Assembly: GCA_009914755.4 (NCBI GenBank)
Contig: CP068257.2
Coordinates: 8,992,001-9,056,000 of the forward strand
From: the human T2T-CHM13v2.0 reference genome, Homo sapiens
DNA: 64,000 nt
Direction: 5' to 3'
The notes under the pieces were generated by a model. The model was not told the DNA's origin, did no database searches, and saw only the letters and a list, made by a program, of their open reading frames with translations. The first letter of the stretch is position 1; each line of letters opens with the position of its first letter. Positions 30,001-42,834 of this stretch are shown piece after piece. Made by a program: the position numbers and the translations under genes.

Positions 30001-30790
30001 CCTACACTGCAATACACAACACTCCATTCTATTCCATTCCTTCCCTTTCCAGTCCGTTCCACTCCATTCCACTCCACTCCATTCAATTCCGTTACACCCA
30101 ATTCCATTCCAATCGATTCCACTCCACTCCACTTCACCGCATTCCATTCGATTCCATTTGATGCCATTCAATTCCATTCCACTCGATTACATTCCACTCA
30201 AATCCTTTCCATTTAACTCCATTCTTTCGATTCTATTCCATTTCAGTCCATTGCATTCCAGTCCATTCCATTCCAGTCCGTTCCATTCGAGTCATTGCAT
30301 TCCACTGCATTCCATTCCATTCCGTTCCATTTCATTCCATTCCACTCCACTCCACTCCAATCCATTCCATTCCATTCCATTCAATTCTATCCCGCTGCAC
30401 TCCACTCCACTCCACTCCATTTCATTCCACTCCACTCAATTCCATTCCCCTCCAATCTAGTAAAATCTGTTCCATTCCAATCCACTACACTCAACTCCAC
30501 TCCACTCCACTTCCCTCCGTTCCTTTGCATTCCGTTCCATTCCGCTCCACTCCAATCCACTACCTTGCATTCAGTTCCATCCTTCCCATTCCATTCCATT
30601 CCCCTCCATTCCACCCCACTCCAGTCCATTCAATTCCATTTCACACTATTCCATTCCAATCCATTCCTCTCCACTCCACTCCATTTCATTGCATTCCATT
30701 CGATTCTTTAGGATGCCATTCGATTCCATTCCATTCCATCCATTCCATTCGATTCCATTCCTTTCCATCCCATTCCATTCAAATTCAATT
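1..30790. repeat. Satellite III-type (ATTCC)n / (GGAAT)n pentameric satellite array (HSat3-like), one orientation throughout (ATTCC on + strand). Diverged monomers such as CATTCCACTCC and CATTCGATTCC. No unique spacers.
   Basis: Direct reading: more than 30 kb built almost entirely of cattc/attcc pentamers and their point variants. Typical SatIII degenerate monomers occur (ccactcc, ccattcgattcc, gatgccatt). There is no strand switch. The array ends abruptly near 30,790. Confidence 0.93.
693..752 (-). mobile_element. Short Alu fragment (3'-terminal ~55-60 bp of an Alu, minus orientation) embedded inside the satellite array.
   Basis: gagtggatctcactctgtcacccagactggagtgcagtggcacaatcttagctcac matches the reverse complement of the Alu region GAGACGGAGTCTCGCTCTGTCGCCCAGGCTGGAGTGCAGTGGCGCGATCTCGGCTCAC. 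ATTCC repeats flank it on both sides. Confidence 0.75.
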
Positions 30791-33272
30791 AGGATAAGTG
30801 CACTTGAATCAAGACAAGGTATAAATAAAATACCTAAAATAATAATACCTAGACTCAAAATTTAAATCATGGCATCATGGGTAGGTAATACAGTTCTATG
30901 TTTAGCACATCAATAAGTTATTACCATATTTAGGAGCTCAGATGGGTGGAAAGATGTCATGTAACACTGTGCTTAACTATCAATTTAGAATTCAAAATTA
31001 GATGTAATTAACTACATCCTTTAACTCTGGTAGCATTACTAAATTTCATAAACCATTTCTAAATATTTTAAATTGTAGTTGGTATCATATTAATATGTAA
31101 ACGTGTAATACCCATCAATTTGTAGGTACCCTTATACCACTTAATTTCATATGTCAAAATCTTGTAAACTTGAATGACTGCAGTGCAAAAGTAATTAAGT
31201 GTACCAGACAGCAACACCTATCAGGTAGTCAAAGCACTTCCCATTGTATAATGAGATGAAGCAGAAAGAGTGTATCTTAAGAGAGTGTGCAGAGCAGCCC
31301 CATATGCAGAGGAAGCAGTGAGGCGAATTTTTTTTCTTCTTTAGAGAAGTCCCAGGAAATGGAAATTAAGTAAGCTTCAGCCTATTACGTAGTGCATTTT
31401 CCATAAATAGAGAATAAAACCTTACTGCTTTAACATGCTTCAAGCCCCAGTGGAGACACTGAAGGAAAATTATACAAGTTTTGCAGCAGATTTCAGGGTC
31501 CCAGGGAGGTGGAGTTGACTGTCAGTGACAAAGCGGTTTTATTTAAGTAGGAAAAATGAATCATTATCACCTTTGACTAGAAAAATAACATTATCACCCT
31601 CACACATGGAGCACTGAGGGATTCACTAAATGTCTTTTGTGTCATATGAAGCACACAGGTTTTAATTAACTCCTTGTTGTAGAAGGTACTATCACGGGTA
31701 TTTGTTTTTTTGGACACACTCATGGAATGTTTTTTTCTGTAGCTACAGAAAGCCTTCAGTTATCCCATTTTCCATCAAGATGAGGACTTGCCTCACTTTC
31801 ACCATGCAGTCCAGAGGTTTCTAATGAACACATTTTTAAATATAGATTGGACACTATTCAAAAGACTGACCTGACTTCGAAACAGTGGCTTCCAGATCTC
31901 CCAGATATGTGACTGTTCATGAAGGTGTGTCAAGAACCTCCACATTTTCCCACTTCTTCCTTGCAGTTCAGAGACATTTTATTCTCTATCCATTAGTTTA
32001 ATTATGGATATCTTAATTACCTTGCAGTCACTTTGTGAAATGAATAAAATCACTCCTAATTTTGTTAATCCAATCACTTTTTGCCTTTAGACAAAAGTTG
32101 TGTCCCAATGAAGACATTTTATGCAGCTACCAAGTACTATATGCTGGAGGCTGAGTTCAAAGTATAAAAACTCTCATTCTCTAATCTTGAGGAGCTAATG
32201 ATCTTGTATCTATGCATGGGTGAGTGACTAAAAGAATGAACGAAATTGTGAAAAATTGAGTAATGAAGTATATACATCATGGACCCGAAGAAAGCACTAG
32301 TTTAATCTCCTTGATAGGATTGAGAAAGTTTTCATATATAAGGTAGAATTTTAGCTGGAGTTTGGAAGATTGGTCAAATTTTAGTAAGAAAAGAAGAGGT
32401 AAATGGTTGTAATTTAATAAAATAGGATGAGCTAGACTTGTCTGTTGTTTTGGTATGCATAGATACGGTTTAAAATCGCATGAAAACCATGCTGGTATAA
32501 TGAAAGTTTTTCTGTAGGCAATGTAAGATTATGTAGAAACATTTATTAGCTTTCTCATTCAATGCTAACAGGCTAGGAGTGACAGAGGAAAAGACAAACC
32601 AAAAGAGACAAAGGGGATTGTTATTCTCTAAACAAAGTTCTTGTAATTGTAATTTTTGTACTTCTAACAATGTTTTCATGTCCTCTAAATTAAGGAACCT
32701 AATGTGGTACAACTGCTAGAAATTGTGTTCATTAGGAAAACCTACAATTCATTGTGGTTTAATGTGTTTTGTTTTATAATTGTTCCTAAAATAACATAAC
32801 TTTTTATATATAAAAGAAACTTACATTAATAAATATCTGTCTAGTCATATTAGGAAGAATAACAAAATGGAAGATAGATTTTGGTTCAGGAAAACTGGGC
32901 ACACTTGGGTTTCAATCCCAACTATTACTTCTACTTGCCATGTGACCATGTTCAAATTATTTAGGCATTTTAAGTCTTCTTTTTCTCAAGTCCAAAACTG
33001 GTTTAAAATTTTTATCTCAGATGTTGTTAAAAATTAAATGAGATAATATATGTAAAATGTTTGGAGAAAATACTACTTATTAAACTTTGTTGTGATTCAT
33101 GAGCTCATGAAAATATCTTTAAGATGGAGGGTGACTATAATTATCATATTTAGCATTATATATATTGCAATTGTATTTCCCAGTTTTAGGAGAAACTAAA
33201 GCAGACTAACATATATTGAATTTCATATATATATGTGGAATATATGGATAGATAGGTTGATTTCCATATATG

Positions 33273-33335
33273 TGTGTATATAGAGAGAGACAGAGTGTGA
33301 GAGAGACAATGACAGAGAGAAAGAAAAACAAAAAG
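33273..33335. repeat. Purine-rich (GA/GAGA-type) low-complexity tract.
   Basis: gtgtgtatatagagagagacagagtgtgagagagacaatgacagagagaaagaaaaac. Confidence 0.5.
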
Positions 33336-33757
33336 TCTATAACCTGAATTCTGTTATAATTGGTATAGAGTACAAAAGACTTAAGCAATTGTACATTACT
33401 ATTTATTTCCTTCCCCTCACAAGAAAAATTAAGTAAAAAAATTATACTCACTTTAAGATCTTATACTTCAATTTTAACAACTTTTTCCTTTACCTGAGGT
33501 TATCATCTTTGAAATTCAACTTTGGGGCCCTTGTTGTCATATTTCAAACTTTGGCAACAGGCCCACAGACTTTTTCTCAACCTTAATTTATTTTATAATC
33601 TTTGTTGAAAACTTCTAGTGAATGATGCATCCAATATCATACCTCTGTTCTTGAACTTGTTTCTAATAACTATTCCTCACCATCATTTCAGATACCTATT
33701 CCAGGGACATAACTTTTTTATACTTATAATTATTTTAGCTGGAAAATCAATCATGCA

Positions 33758-33939
33758 GATATTCAATTTCTTAACTCCTTTACTTTCCACCTTATAGCTT
33801 ATTTGTTCAAATACTCCTACTCTGATTTTATCAGAAGGCTGAATTTATTAAGCCAATTAATAAAAATAAAATCAGAGTAGGAGTATTTGAACAAATAAGC
33901 TATAAGGTGGAAAGTAAAGGAGTTAAGGAATTGAATATC
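33758..33939. repeat. Near-perfect inverted repeat (palindrome). Two 72-bp arms (33758-33829 and 33868-33939) with a single mismatch, separated by a 38-bp spacer. Hairpin/cruciform-capable.
   Basis: The left arm is gatattcaatttcttaactcctttactttccaccttatagcttatttgttcaaatactcctactctgatttt. The reverse complement of the right arm is identical except caatttctt versus caattcctt. Confidence 0.85.
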
Positions 33940-34293
33940 CTCAATTTCAAAAATCCTCTTCTTAGTATGATTCTTTTTTCAGCTTATATTCCATGGCTCA
34001 TAGTTCAATAAGATTTTTTACATTATTCTAAAAGCCCATGCATTTTTTTCTTTCCATTATACTAATCTGAAGAAAAAGCTATCTGATTTCTCTCTACATA
34101 AAATATCAGGACACATTATTCCTACTACAAAATGATCATCCCAAAATTGAAATAATCCCTCATCACTTCAATTCTAGGCAAGATATCTGGTCAACTAATT
34201 TTCGTTCAATTTCAAATCTTTCAAAGATTGTTCATACACTTCAAAATCTATTTCTACATTTTCTATTAGACATGTAGTCATTTTCTCTGAATA

Positions 34294-34803
34294 CCAAATT
34301 TATATACATAATTTTACATTTGGATGCAATCTGTTCTGTTATAATAAAGTAGCTGTTTCTTCTGCTATCTAATCTTTGTATTGAATTGCATATTTTCTTG
34401 TCTCTCAAGAAAATTATTCTATCAATTCTCTCATCTCTCTCTGTCCTTCTTTCCACCCTATTTATTTTCTTCCTTTGAAGCTTCCTGAGACATACAATCC
34501 TGTTTTACCTTCTATTTCCCCAGCATATAATAATGCTTATCAGTTACAAGTAATATACACTTCTATTTAGTAATAAATGCCAATATAAATAATTTAAAAG
34601 AAGATACTACACTGCTATAAAGTAGGCAAGTTTAATTGAATGTTAATTCTGCCTTTTAAGAGACTCATGTATGTGTTCATTAAGCATCAATTATTGTGAA
34701 CATTACGCAGATTTAGGATTGCTTTAAGAATTCTATTTTAAAATTGTTATTGTGGTTAAATACATATAGAATAAAATTTTCTATTTTACCTTCCTCTCAA
34801 TGC
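34294..34803 (+). repeat. Segment A, the source or paralog of a locally duplicated sequence. The subsegments 34294-34350 and 34645-34803 recur in rearranged form at 35766-36335.
   Basis: 34294-34350 (ccaaatttatatacataattttacatttggatgcaatctgttctgttata) matches 35766-35820 directly. 34645-34803 matches the reverse complement of 36241-36335 plus 35869-35940 at about 90-92% identity by eye. Confidence 0.65.
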
Positions 34804-35750
34804 ATAATTCAGAAGCATGAGTTGCATTTACAATGTTGTGAAACCATAATCATTACCTATTTTTAAAACTTTTTCATCACCCAAATAGAACTTCATAACA
34901 AACAATAACTTTCCATTCTATCTTCCCTCAGCCCCTGAGAACCTCTAATCTCTTTCTTTCTCTGTAATTTTACTTGTTCTAGATATTTTATACAAGTGTG
35001 TCAGAAAATATTTGTCCTTTTATGTCTGGCTTTTTTCATTTGGTATAATGTTTTCTAGTTTATATCTGTTATGGCAATACATCAGAATTTCATTCCATTT
35101 TCTGGCTGAATAATATTCTACTATATGTATACATCACCTTTTGTCCATTCATTCATTTGTTGATGAACACCTGGATTGTTTTCATCTTTTGGCTCTGTGA
35201 ATAATGCCACAATAAGCAGTGACATACAAGTAGGTGAAACTTTGTTTCCAGTTTTGGGGGGTATATAACAAAGCCCAAAATTGCTTGGGTTATGTGGTAA
35301 TTCTATGTGTAGCTTTCTGAGAGACCATAAAACTCTTTTCAACAGTGACTGCAACATTTTACATTTCTGCCAGCAAGGTGCAATTGTTCTAATTCCTCCA
35401 CATCTTTGCCAACTCTCGTTATTTTCTTTTATTTTATTATAGCTATCCTAGTAGGTATAAAGTAGTATCTTATGGTTTAGATTTCCCTAAAGACTAATAA
35501 TATTGGACATGTTTGTATGTGCTTATTTGTATATCTTCTTTGTATAGATGTTTATCAAGTCCTTGGGTCATTTTATAAATTGGGTCATATGTTATTTTGT
35601 TGAGTTTTAGGAGTTCTTTATGTCTCAGGTATTTAGTTTCCATAAGATATGTGTTTTAGAGATATTTTATCCCAATCTGTACCTTTACTTTTTCACTTTC
35701 TTGATCATATCCTTTAATAAATAAAGTATTTTAATTTTGTAAAGTCAAAT

Positions 35751-35765
35751 ATATATATTTGACTT

Positions 35766-35776
<11 letters not shown>
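35751..35776. repeat. 26-bp perfect palindrome aaagtcaaatatatatatttgacttt. It forms the left boundary of duplicated segment B.
   Basis: Direct reading. The first 13 bp are the reverse complement of the last 13 bp. Confidence 0.8.
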
Positions 35777-36334
<558 letters not shown>

Positions 36335-36335
<1 letters not shown>

Positions 36336-36400
36336 TATACATATATATGTATATATACATATATATATGTGTATATATATATAGTTATATAGTTACTCAT
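36335..36400. repeat. TA-rich (TA)n/(TATG)n-type simple repeat.
   Basis: atatacatatatatgtatatatacatatatatatgtgtatatatatatagttatatag. Confidence 0.8.
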
Positions 36401-39400
36401 GCTTTGGTGTCATATGTAAAAATCCATTGACAAATCTAAGGCCCAGAATATTTATGCCTATGTCTTCTAAAAGTTTTTCGATGTTAACTCTTACATTTAT
36501 GTCATTGATTCATTTTGAGTTAATGTTTTATATGGTGTGAAGTAGGGGACCAGCTTCATTCTTCTCAATGTGGAAGTCCAGTTGGCCCATCACCTTTTGA
36601 TGAAGATGCTGCTTTTCTATTATAGACTTGTCACCCTTTTCAGAAATCAGCTGCTAATAGACACATAAATTTATTTCTGACTCTCAAATATTGAATTGAT
36701 CTATATAACTATCCTTATACCAATCCCAAATGTTTTTTATTAGGGCTTCTTTGTAATAATTTTTAAAATTTAGAAATTGTGAGCCCTCTAAATTTGTTCT
36801 TTCTCAAAATTATTTTGACCATTTGGATCCCCTTGCAATTTCACATAACTTAAGGATCAGCTTTCTGCATTTCTGCAAAAAAAAAAAGGCAGTTGCAATT
36901 TTGATATGGATTGGCTTGAATTTGTAGATAACTCTATGTGGTACTGATGTCTTAAAATATTAAGTCTTCGACCCCATGAGCATGGCTGCCTTTCCATTTA
37001 AATAAGTGTTTAGTTTTTTTCATCTGTGCTTTATATTTTTCAGTGTATATTAAAATGTTTGTTAATCTATTTAACTTTCTTGGTTAAATTTGTTCTAAAG
37101 TATTTTTATGTTTTGAATGATATTGTAAAGTGAATTACTATTTAAATTTCGTTTGCAAACTGTTCATTGCAAATGTGTAGAAATACATTCAATTTTTGTA
37201 TGTTGATTTTGCACGTGGCAATTGGGCTGAATTTGTTTCTTAGTAACTTTCTTGTGGATTTTGAGAGATGTTTCTACATATAAGAACATGTCATATGTGA
37301 ATAGATATATCTTTATTTTTTTCCTTTTAAATTGGGGGACCTTTTATTTATTGTCCTTGCCTACTTGCTCTGTCTAGAACTTCCAATATAATGTGGAATA
37401 GCAATGATGAAAGTGGGAATCTTTGTCTTATTTCTATCTTAGTGAGAGGCTTTCATTTTGACTTTGTATACAATATACGGAGGGGAAAAAAAAGGAAAAA
37501 TTGTGCTTCTTAAAATGTCTTAAAACAAATTTGTTAAATATTTTATTACTGATTATTTTTAAATGATGTATATCCTAAAAAATCAGGAACCACGTATTAA
37601 AATGTTTAAAATGTTAAAATATTAGAACAATTGCCTAGGACCAAATTTACCCAACATCAAAAGCTTATAAAAGCTCTTCATTTTATAACTTTCAGGAGGA
37701 TCTCATATATCTGAGTGGAAACACTTACATTAATTGTAATACAACGTTAGTTGTAAGTATTTTCAAGTGTTTAGCAATTATTGCTGTTAGTAGATATTAA
37801 CAAATATTTCAAATTTTTTTGCTTTATTGCTGAGTGAATAATCATGTATAAAGTTATCCTCACTTCATTGTTAAAGATTAAAATATTATCTAGGCTTTTA
37901 TAAAGCACATTAAGATTGCATGCAATGCACTAAATTAACAAAATATTATTTTTAAGAAATAAAAATAAGGTAAAATGATAATGTAATAAGTATATCTTAG
38001 AGAGTCAGTTGCTTTTATACAAACAACAATAATGAGCATAGCTGAATGTGCTGATTCTCTGAATCCATGATAAAAATATCTTATCCGTGGATAACAATCC
38101 ATGATTCTCTGAATTCACAATGAAAAAACATTTTATTAACCTTTAAACTACAAAATAAATAAGGAAAAAGTGAAAACTTTAGAGATTTTAGATAATTAAA
38201 ATAATTGAAGTCTCAAATTCACTAAGCAGTCTTAGGCATTAAAAAAACAATGGCATGATACTTTCAAGTAGATCAACAAAAGTAAACAAAAAAATAACCT
38301 GGGGTTTGGGGATTCACTTGTGGTTGTAATAGATAAATTAAAATATCAAAGCTAGTTTTTTTCTCATTCAGAGTTGCAAATATTAAAATAACCAAAACAT
38401 TATAATAACCAATATGTTAATTAAATATATCTGTGATTATATAAAACTTGTTTCTATTTGAAAATATTGCTGAAAGTGCACGCATTATTTGTCAACAATT
38501 TATTTCTCAAATTAGAATAGTTGTATTACATTCTGAACAATTTATATGCTTTAAATGTAAATAATCTAATTGTGGTTTAATTTTCAAAATTGCCTCTATG
38601 TAAAATTCCAAAGTTGCTTATTTTCTCCTTCAACAAAATGATGTGAAGTATTAGTTCACTTAATATAATGAAAGTAAAGAACATTGTTCACAAGTTGATT
38701 GTGGAAGAAAAACACATAGGCAGCTCTCCATGTCATTGGTCAATACCATATTTTCTTAAAAGATCAGAGTCTGGAAGTATAGATGTAAAGTTGATTTCAA
38801 TACTTCTTGTCTTAAAATCCAGGCTATCTTAGTCACCCACTGGAACTTTCCACCTGGGACATATATATAAATGGATCAGAGTTCTGTTGGCTGATGTAAT
38901 TTAATCAAATTCTGCACATTTGCAACTGGCTTTATACTAAGCTGTTTGATTTGTCCTTCTTGAATATATTATAGATTATTAAATCTATTTAACATCTAAT
39001 GTCAACAAGTTTTACAAATAATTCTGTATCACTTTACTCATCGAATCTAAATGTTCCTCCCATTAGAAACTTAAATAAAAATATTCCAGTGTGCAGCTTT
39101 AACTAGAAACTTCATCAAATATCTGATATTCACAGACAAAAAGCTGCATTGGGAACAACATAGATTTTATTCCTTATAACAGATACAAGATCCTTGAGAA
39201 TAAAAATTTTATAAGAGAATAATTTAACATATATTATTACCATAACAAGACAACCCCTTATTAAGATTTAAAGAATGTCAAAGGAAGCGGGATTCTTTCA
39301 TTTACATTATATTGCTTAATAATTCTACAAAATAGAACATTGTATGGTCCCAGAGGTACAGTAAGAGATTTGAATATAAACTTAGACAAAACTTCTAGAT

Positions 39401-42242
39401 ATAGATAAATTTATTTAATTCTCATAAAATTACCAACGAAGAACTAATCCATTACGTGACTCACTGAAATCTTTATAAATTAACATTTTTGGTATGTGAG
39501 TGTTATTTCATATGCCAAAAAATATCCTTTACAATTAATGGCACTGTTTAATACAGTAATTTCAAAAATTGATTCTCACTTATTACAATTATATTAATAA
39601 CACTCATGGTAATACTATGATCATAATCATGGTAAAATACTAATTGAGAACTGTAAGTTCTAGGCCCTGTATTACATACTTTACACATTTTCTCATATGA
39701 TTCTTAAAAAACCTGAAGTGGTAGCTATTATTATGAGCATGTTTTACATATAATCACATAGGCTAAGGTTGTTAAATATATTTTTTAAGGTAACAAAGCT
39801 ACTAAGTGTTGAGCAGAGATTCAAACATCAGTCTGACCCAATAAATTGCATAAGAAATACAAGTGACAAGGAACTAATATCCATATGTGTTTCAAAATGC
39901 AAGCCACAACCTACTAATAGTTCATGAACTCAACTAAGGCTCTTCATCAGTATTCTTTACCATAATAAAATTTAATAAGTTATAAATATTAGACCATATC
40001 ATAATAGTAAGGATATAATTGATTCATGAATTTATTTTCAGATATATTCTATTGATGAATTAACACAAAACCAGAGTTAAACATTTTTACAATGCTGAGT
40101 TCTATTAACTCCATGAAAGAGTACATGCACCATTTAAAAAATTACCAAGTCATCTGCAGAAGGCAAAAAGTCAGTTTTTAAGTGCTAGAAAGTGAGAGTT
40201 CATGAATGCTGTGCTTATTAAGCATTAAAAATTAGTATCCTGGAGAGGATAGAAATCAAATGACCAGCATATAGTTGGATAAAATGAATTTCACTCTTCA
40301 TTGATAAGGAAAAAGTCTTCACTTTGTGTCCAGTAAGGGTTTGTAATCTTGGTGATATTCAACAGTCATGGTCCTTTACAAGCTTTGATTGATTAATTAC
40401 AGCAGTGATAAACACAATAATCATTTTTGATATTTTATAGGGAATTGCCACTATAGGTTGTATGTTCAAAGTAAGCAACAATTTTCTTATGGTCCTTTCC
40501 TTAATCTCTATTGTAGAGTAATGATACAAGGAACGATATATGGTCAGATATTTTTGGTCAATACTTACATCTTGGGTTTAGATTTTTAGTGGATATGTTT
40601 TGTTTATCCATATACCTTCAATTTCACTTTAATGCATGATCCATAAAATAGTTACTCTACTAAAACTGTTAATAATACCCTGATCACAGCAACAATTAAT
40701 CATATTCTTTCATTTGTACATGGCCAAATCATTAAAAAAAGATCCTGTGGGCAGGTGTGTCACATTTTGGAAAACCAATTGGCTTCCTTATCAATTTTAC
40801 ATAGAGTCTTCTTAACCTACAATCAAGGATTTCAAAGGATTAAATATTTAATCTACTTACAAGTTAACAAGTCAGCTTGCCATGATTTCATGGACAATGG
40901 GAGAAGATAAAATATTTCTAGGTGAGAGACAAAGGACATTATTACTGATAATGCTGCAAAAGCAGTGAAAGCATATGTACATTCCTGTCACCTTCCCTTG
41001 TCCCAGAGTCCAATGGGGAGAAACATATGGGCTCAGGCAGAAGCCAGTACACACAGTGAGTTGTGTTCAGAGAGAAGTTGAGCTTTAGGGAATGTGGATC
41101 TCTTATAATGGGTAGGAAGCATATCTACCCTTCACTCTGGAAGGAGACATCCCTTCTATTTTCTAAGGCTCTTAATTTGAGACGAACAGCAACATGCAAC
41201 ATACATGAAAAATTTCCTCTCAACACTTACCTTGGAGCATTTATCCAAATAAAAACAGGAGACTAAATAGTATAGAAAATATTGTGATAAGTAAATTCTG
41301 TTTTGGAATTGTGAATAAAGTGATTCTGTTGTTCAGTACTCTTGCAAGAAAAATGTGCAAGAAATTTTGTTGAACCTGTACCTCAGGGACAACATATGGC
41401 TTCCTTTGCTATGATTGCTTCTGTCATAGAGCTTCAATGCAGTATTCAAATATAGGAGTATCAAGGCCAATAAAGAAAACTTCTCAGGAATCAGAGGATA
41501 AAAATATTTCTGATACAGCCTGAAAGTTTTATACTTCAACAGGCATGTTTATAGATCATGTGAAATACTACCATTATAGACTTACAAAAATCTCAACAGA
41601 GCATATAAACTCTTTTAAGATAGTAGACTTATTTATCTCCACAATCAATATTGTGATACAATATATCTTGGTGCATACATATGCAAGTTACAAAGAGCAC
41701 AATCTATAGTTTTTGTAGTTATCTGAGGAAATTGAGAGTTGTTTTAACCAAATAATTCTAAATTCACAGCAGGACAAGTATAACTAGTTCAAACAGTTCA
41801 AGGACTTTTTTTCTTAATCAGTTGAGTGCAAATATGTTGTTAGTGATTTCCTGTGATATGGAACCATTGTCAATATTTTAAGCTATCTGGCTTTATAGAA
41901 AGAATATTATATTTTATAACTATGATATTCATGTCATATAAGAAAAATAAGGTAATAACAGTCATACGCTTTAAAATGATGCTTATTTTAACTAAAGATT
42001 TTTTTAGCTAAAAACATTGGTTGCTGAAAAGTTTGAGCCTGGAAGAAGTAATTACCAATGTTACTAATGTTGGGCTGATGAGAAAATAAACTTCTCTGGA
42101 TGAACCTTATGAAAACTGTAGTTGTAGTAATCTTAGCAGAATATTACAATAATAGACAAAGTATGACAAACTGAACAGCTTAACTTGTGTAGCAAATTAT
42201 ACCTGCTTTGAATCAAAAAAATTATTTGTTTTTTTAAACACC

Positions 42243-42800
42243 TTTATTGAGGTGTAACTGATATACAAAAGCCTTCACATATTCAGTGTATACAACTTGA
42301 TGAGTTTGAAAATATGCATACACCTGAGAAACCATCAGCACAATCGAAGTAATCTCTGAGAGGTAGCAGCTCTCCCATGTATACTACAGCATTATTTATA
42401 ATGGTCAAAATATAGAAACAACCTAAACGTCCACTGACAAAAAAGAAGATAAAGAAGATGTGATATGTCACCGAACAATGGAATATTGTTCAGTATTTAA
42501 AAAGATGAAAATGTTATCTTTTGTGAAAACATGGAGGAAAGTAGAGAACATTATGAAAAGTGAAATAAGCCAGTCAGAGAAAGACATATGTTGCATGATT
42601 CCGTCTATACAGGATATCTAAAATAGTCAAACTCATAGAAGCAGAGAGTAGAATGGTGGCTGCCAGGGAATGGGTGAATAGGGAAATGGAGACTTGTTGC
42701 TCAATTGATATAAAGTTTTGGTTACCCAAGATGAAAAAGTTTTAGAGATCTGCTGTACAACATTATATTTATAGTTAATAATATAACATTTAGCACTCCA
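42243..42800 (-). mobile_element. L1 (LINE-1) 3' end, minus orientation, an older L1P/L1M-type. The L1 3' terminus is at 42243.
   Basis: tttattgaggtgtaactgatatacaaaag...cttcacatattcagtgtatacaacttgatgagtttgaaaatatgcatacacctgagaaaccatcagcacaatcgaag is the reverse complement of the L1 3' UTR end (...ggtttcac..gtgtatacatatgtcaaaactcatcaaattgtacact..tatgtgcag..ttattgtatgtcaattatacctcaataaa). Downstream sequence continues to match the L1 ORF2 3' region (aagccagtcagagaaagacatatgttgcatgattcc). Confidence 0.75.
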
Positions 42801-42834
42801 AAGTTGAAGATGATAGATTTCATTTTATGTGCTT

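Noticed and set aside
1-30790. Dozens of long ORFs in the six-frame track on both strands (e.g. 19762-21666 + 634 aa, 5813-7621 + 602 aa, 10408-11865 + 485 aa).
   Set aside because: They are artefacts of the pentameric repeat. ATTCC and GGAAT contain no stop codons in most frames, so every frame on both strands stays open for hundreds of codons. The translations are pure low complexity (IPFHS, HSTPL, MEWNG and GVEWS repeats). They overlap one another in all frames and have no start or stop context or domain structure. They are not genes.
1-30790. Possibility that the tandem repeats are a CRISPR array or another prokaryotic repeat system.
   Set aside because: The unit is 5 bp with no repeat-spacer architecture. 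The same window contains primate-specific Alu SINEs, L1 and a MaLR LTR. The sequence is eukaryotic (human-type), so a prokaryotic defence or novel operon interpretation is not tenable.
1-30790. Classification as HSat2 rather than HSat3.
   Set aside because: HSat2 is built on a more degenerate ~23-26 bp CATTCGATTCCATTCGATGAT-type unit with frequent GATGAT. Here the dominant unit is a clean ATTCC with CCACTCC variants, which favours HSat3. Some cgagtcc/gatgcc blocks after 13.3 kb are HSat2-like. I therefore keep the call as 'SatIII-type' with moderate subfamily uncertainty.
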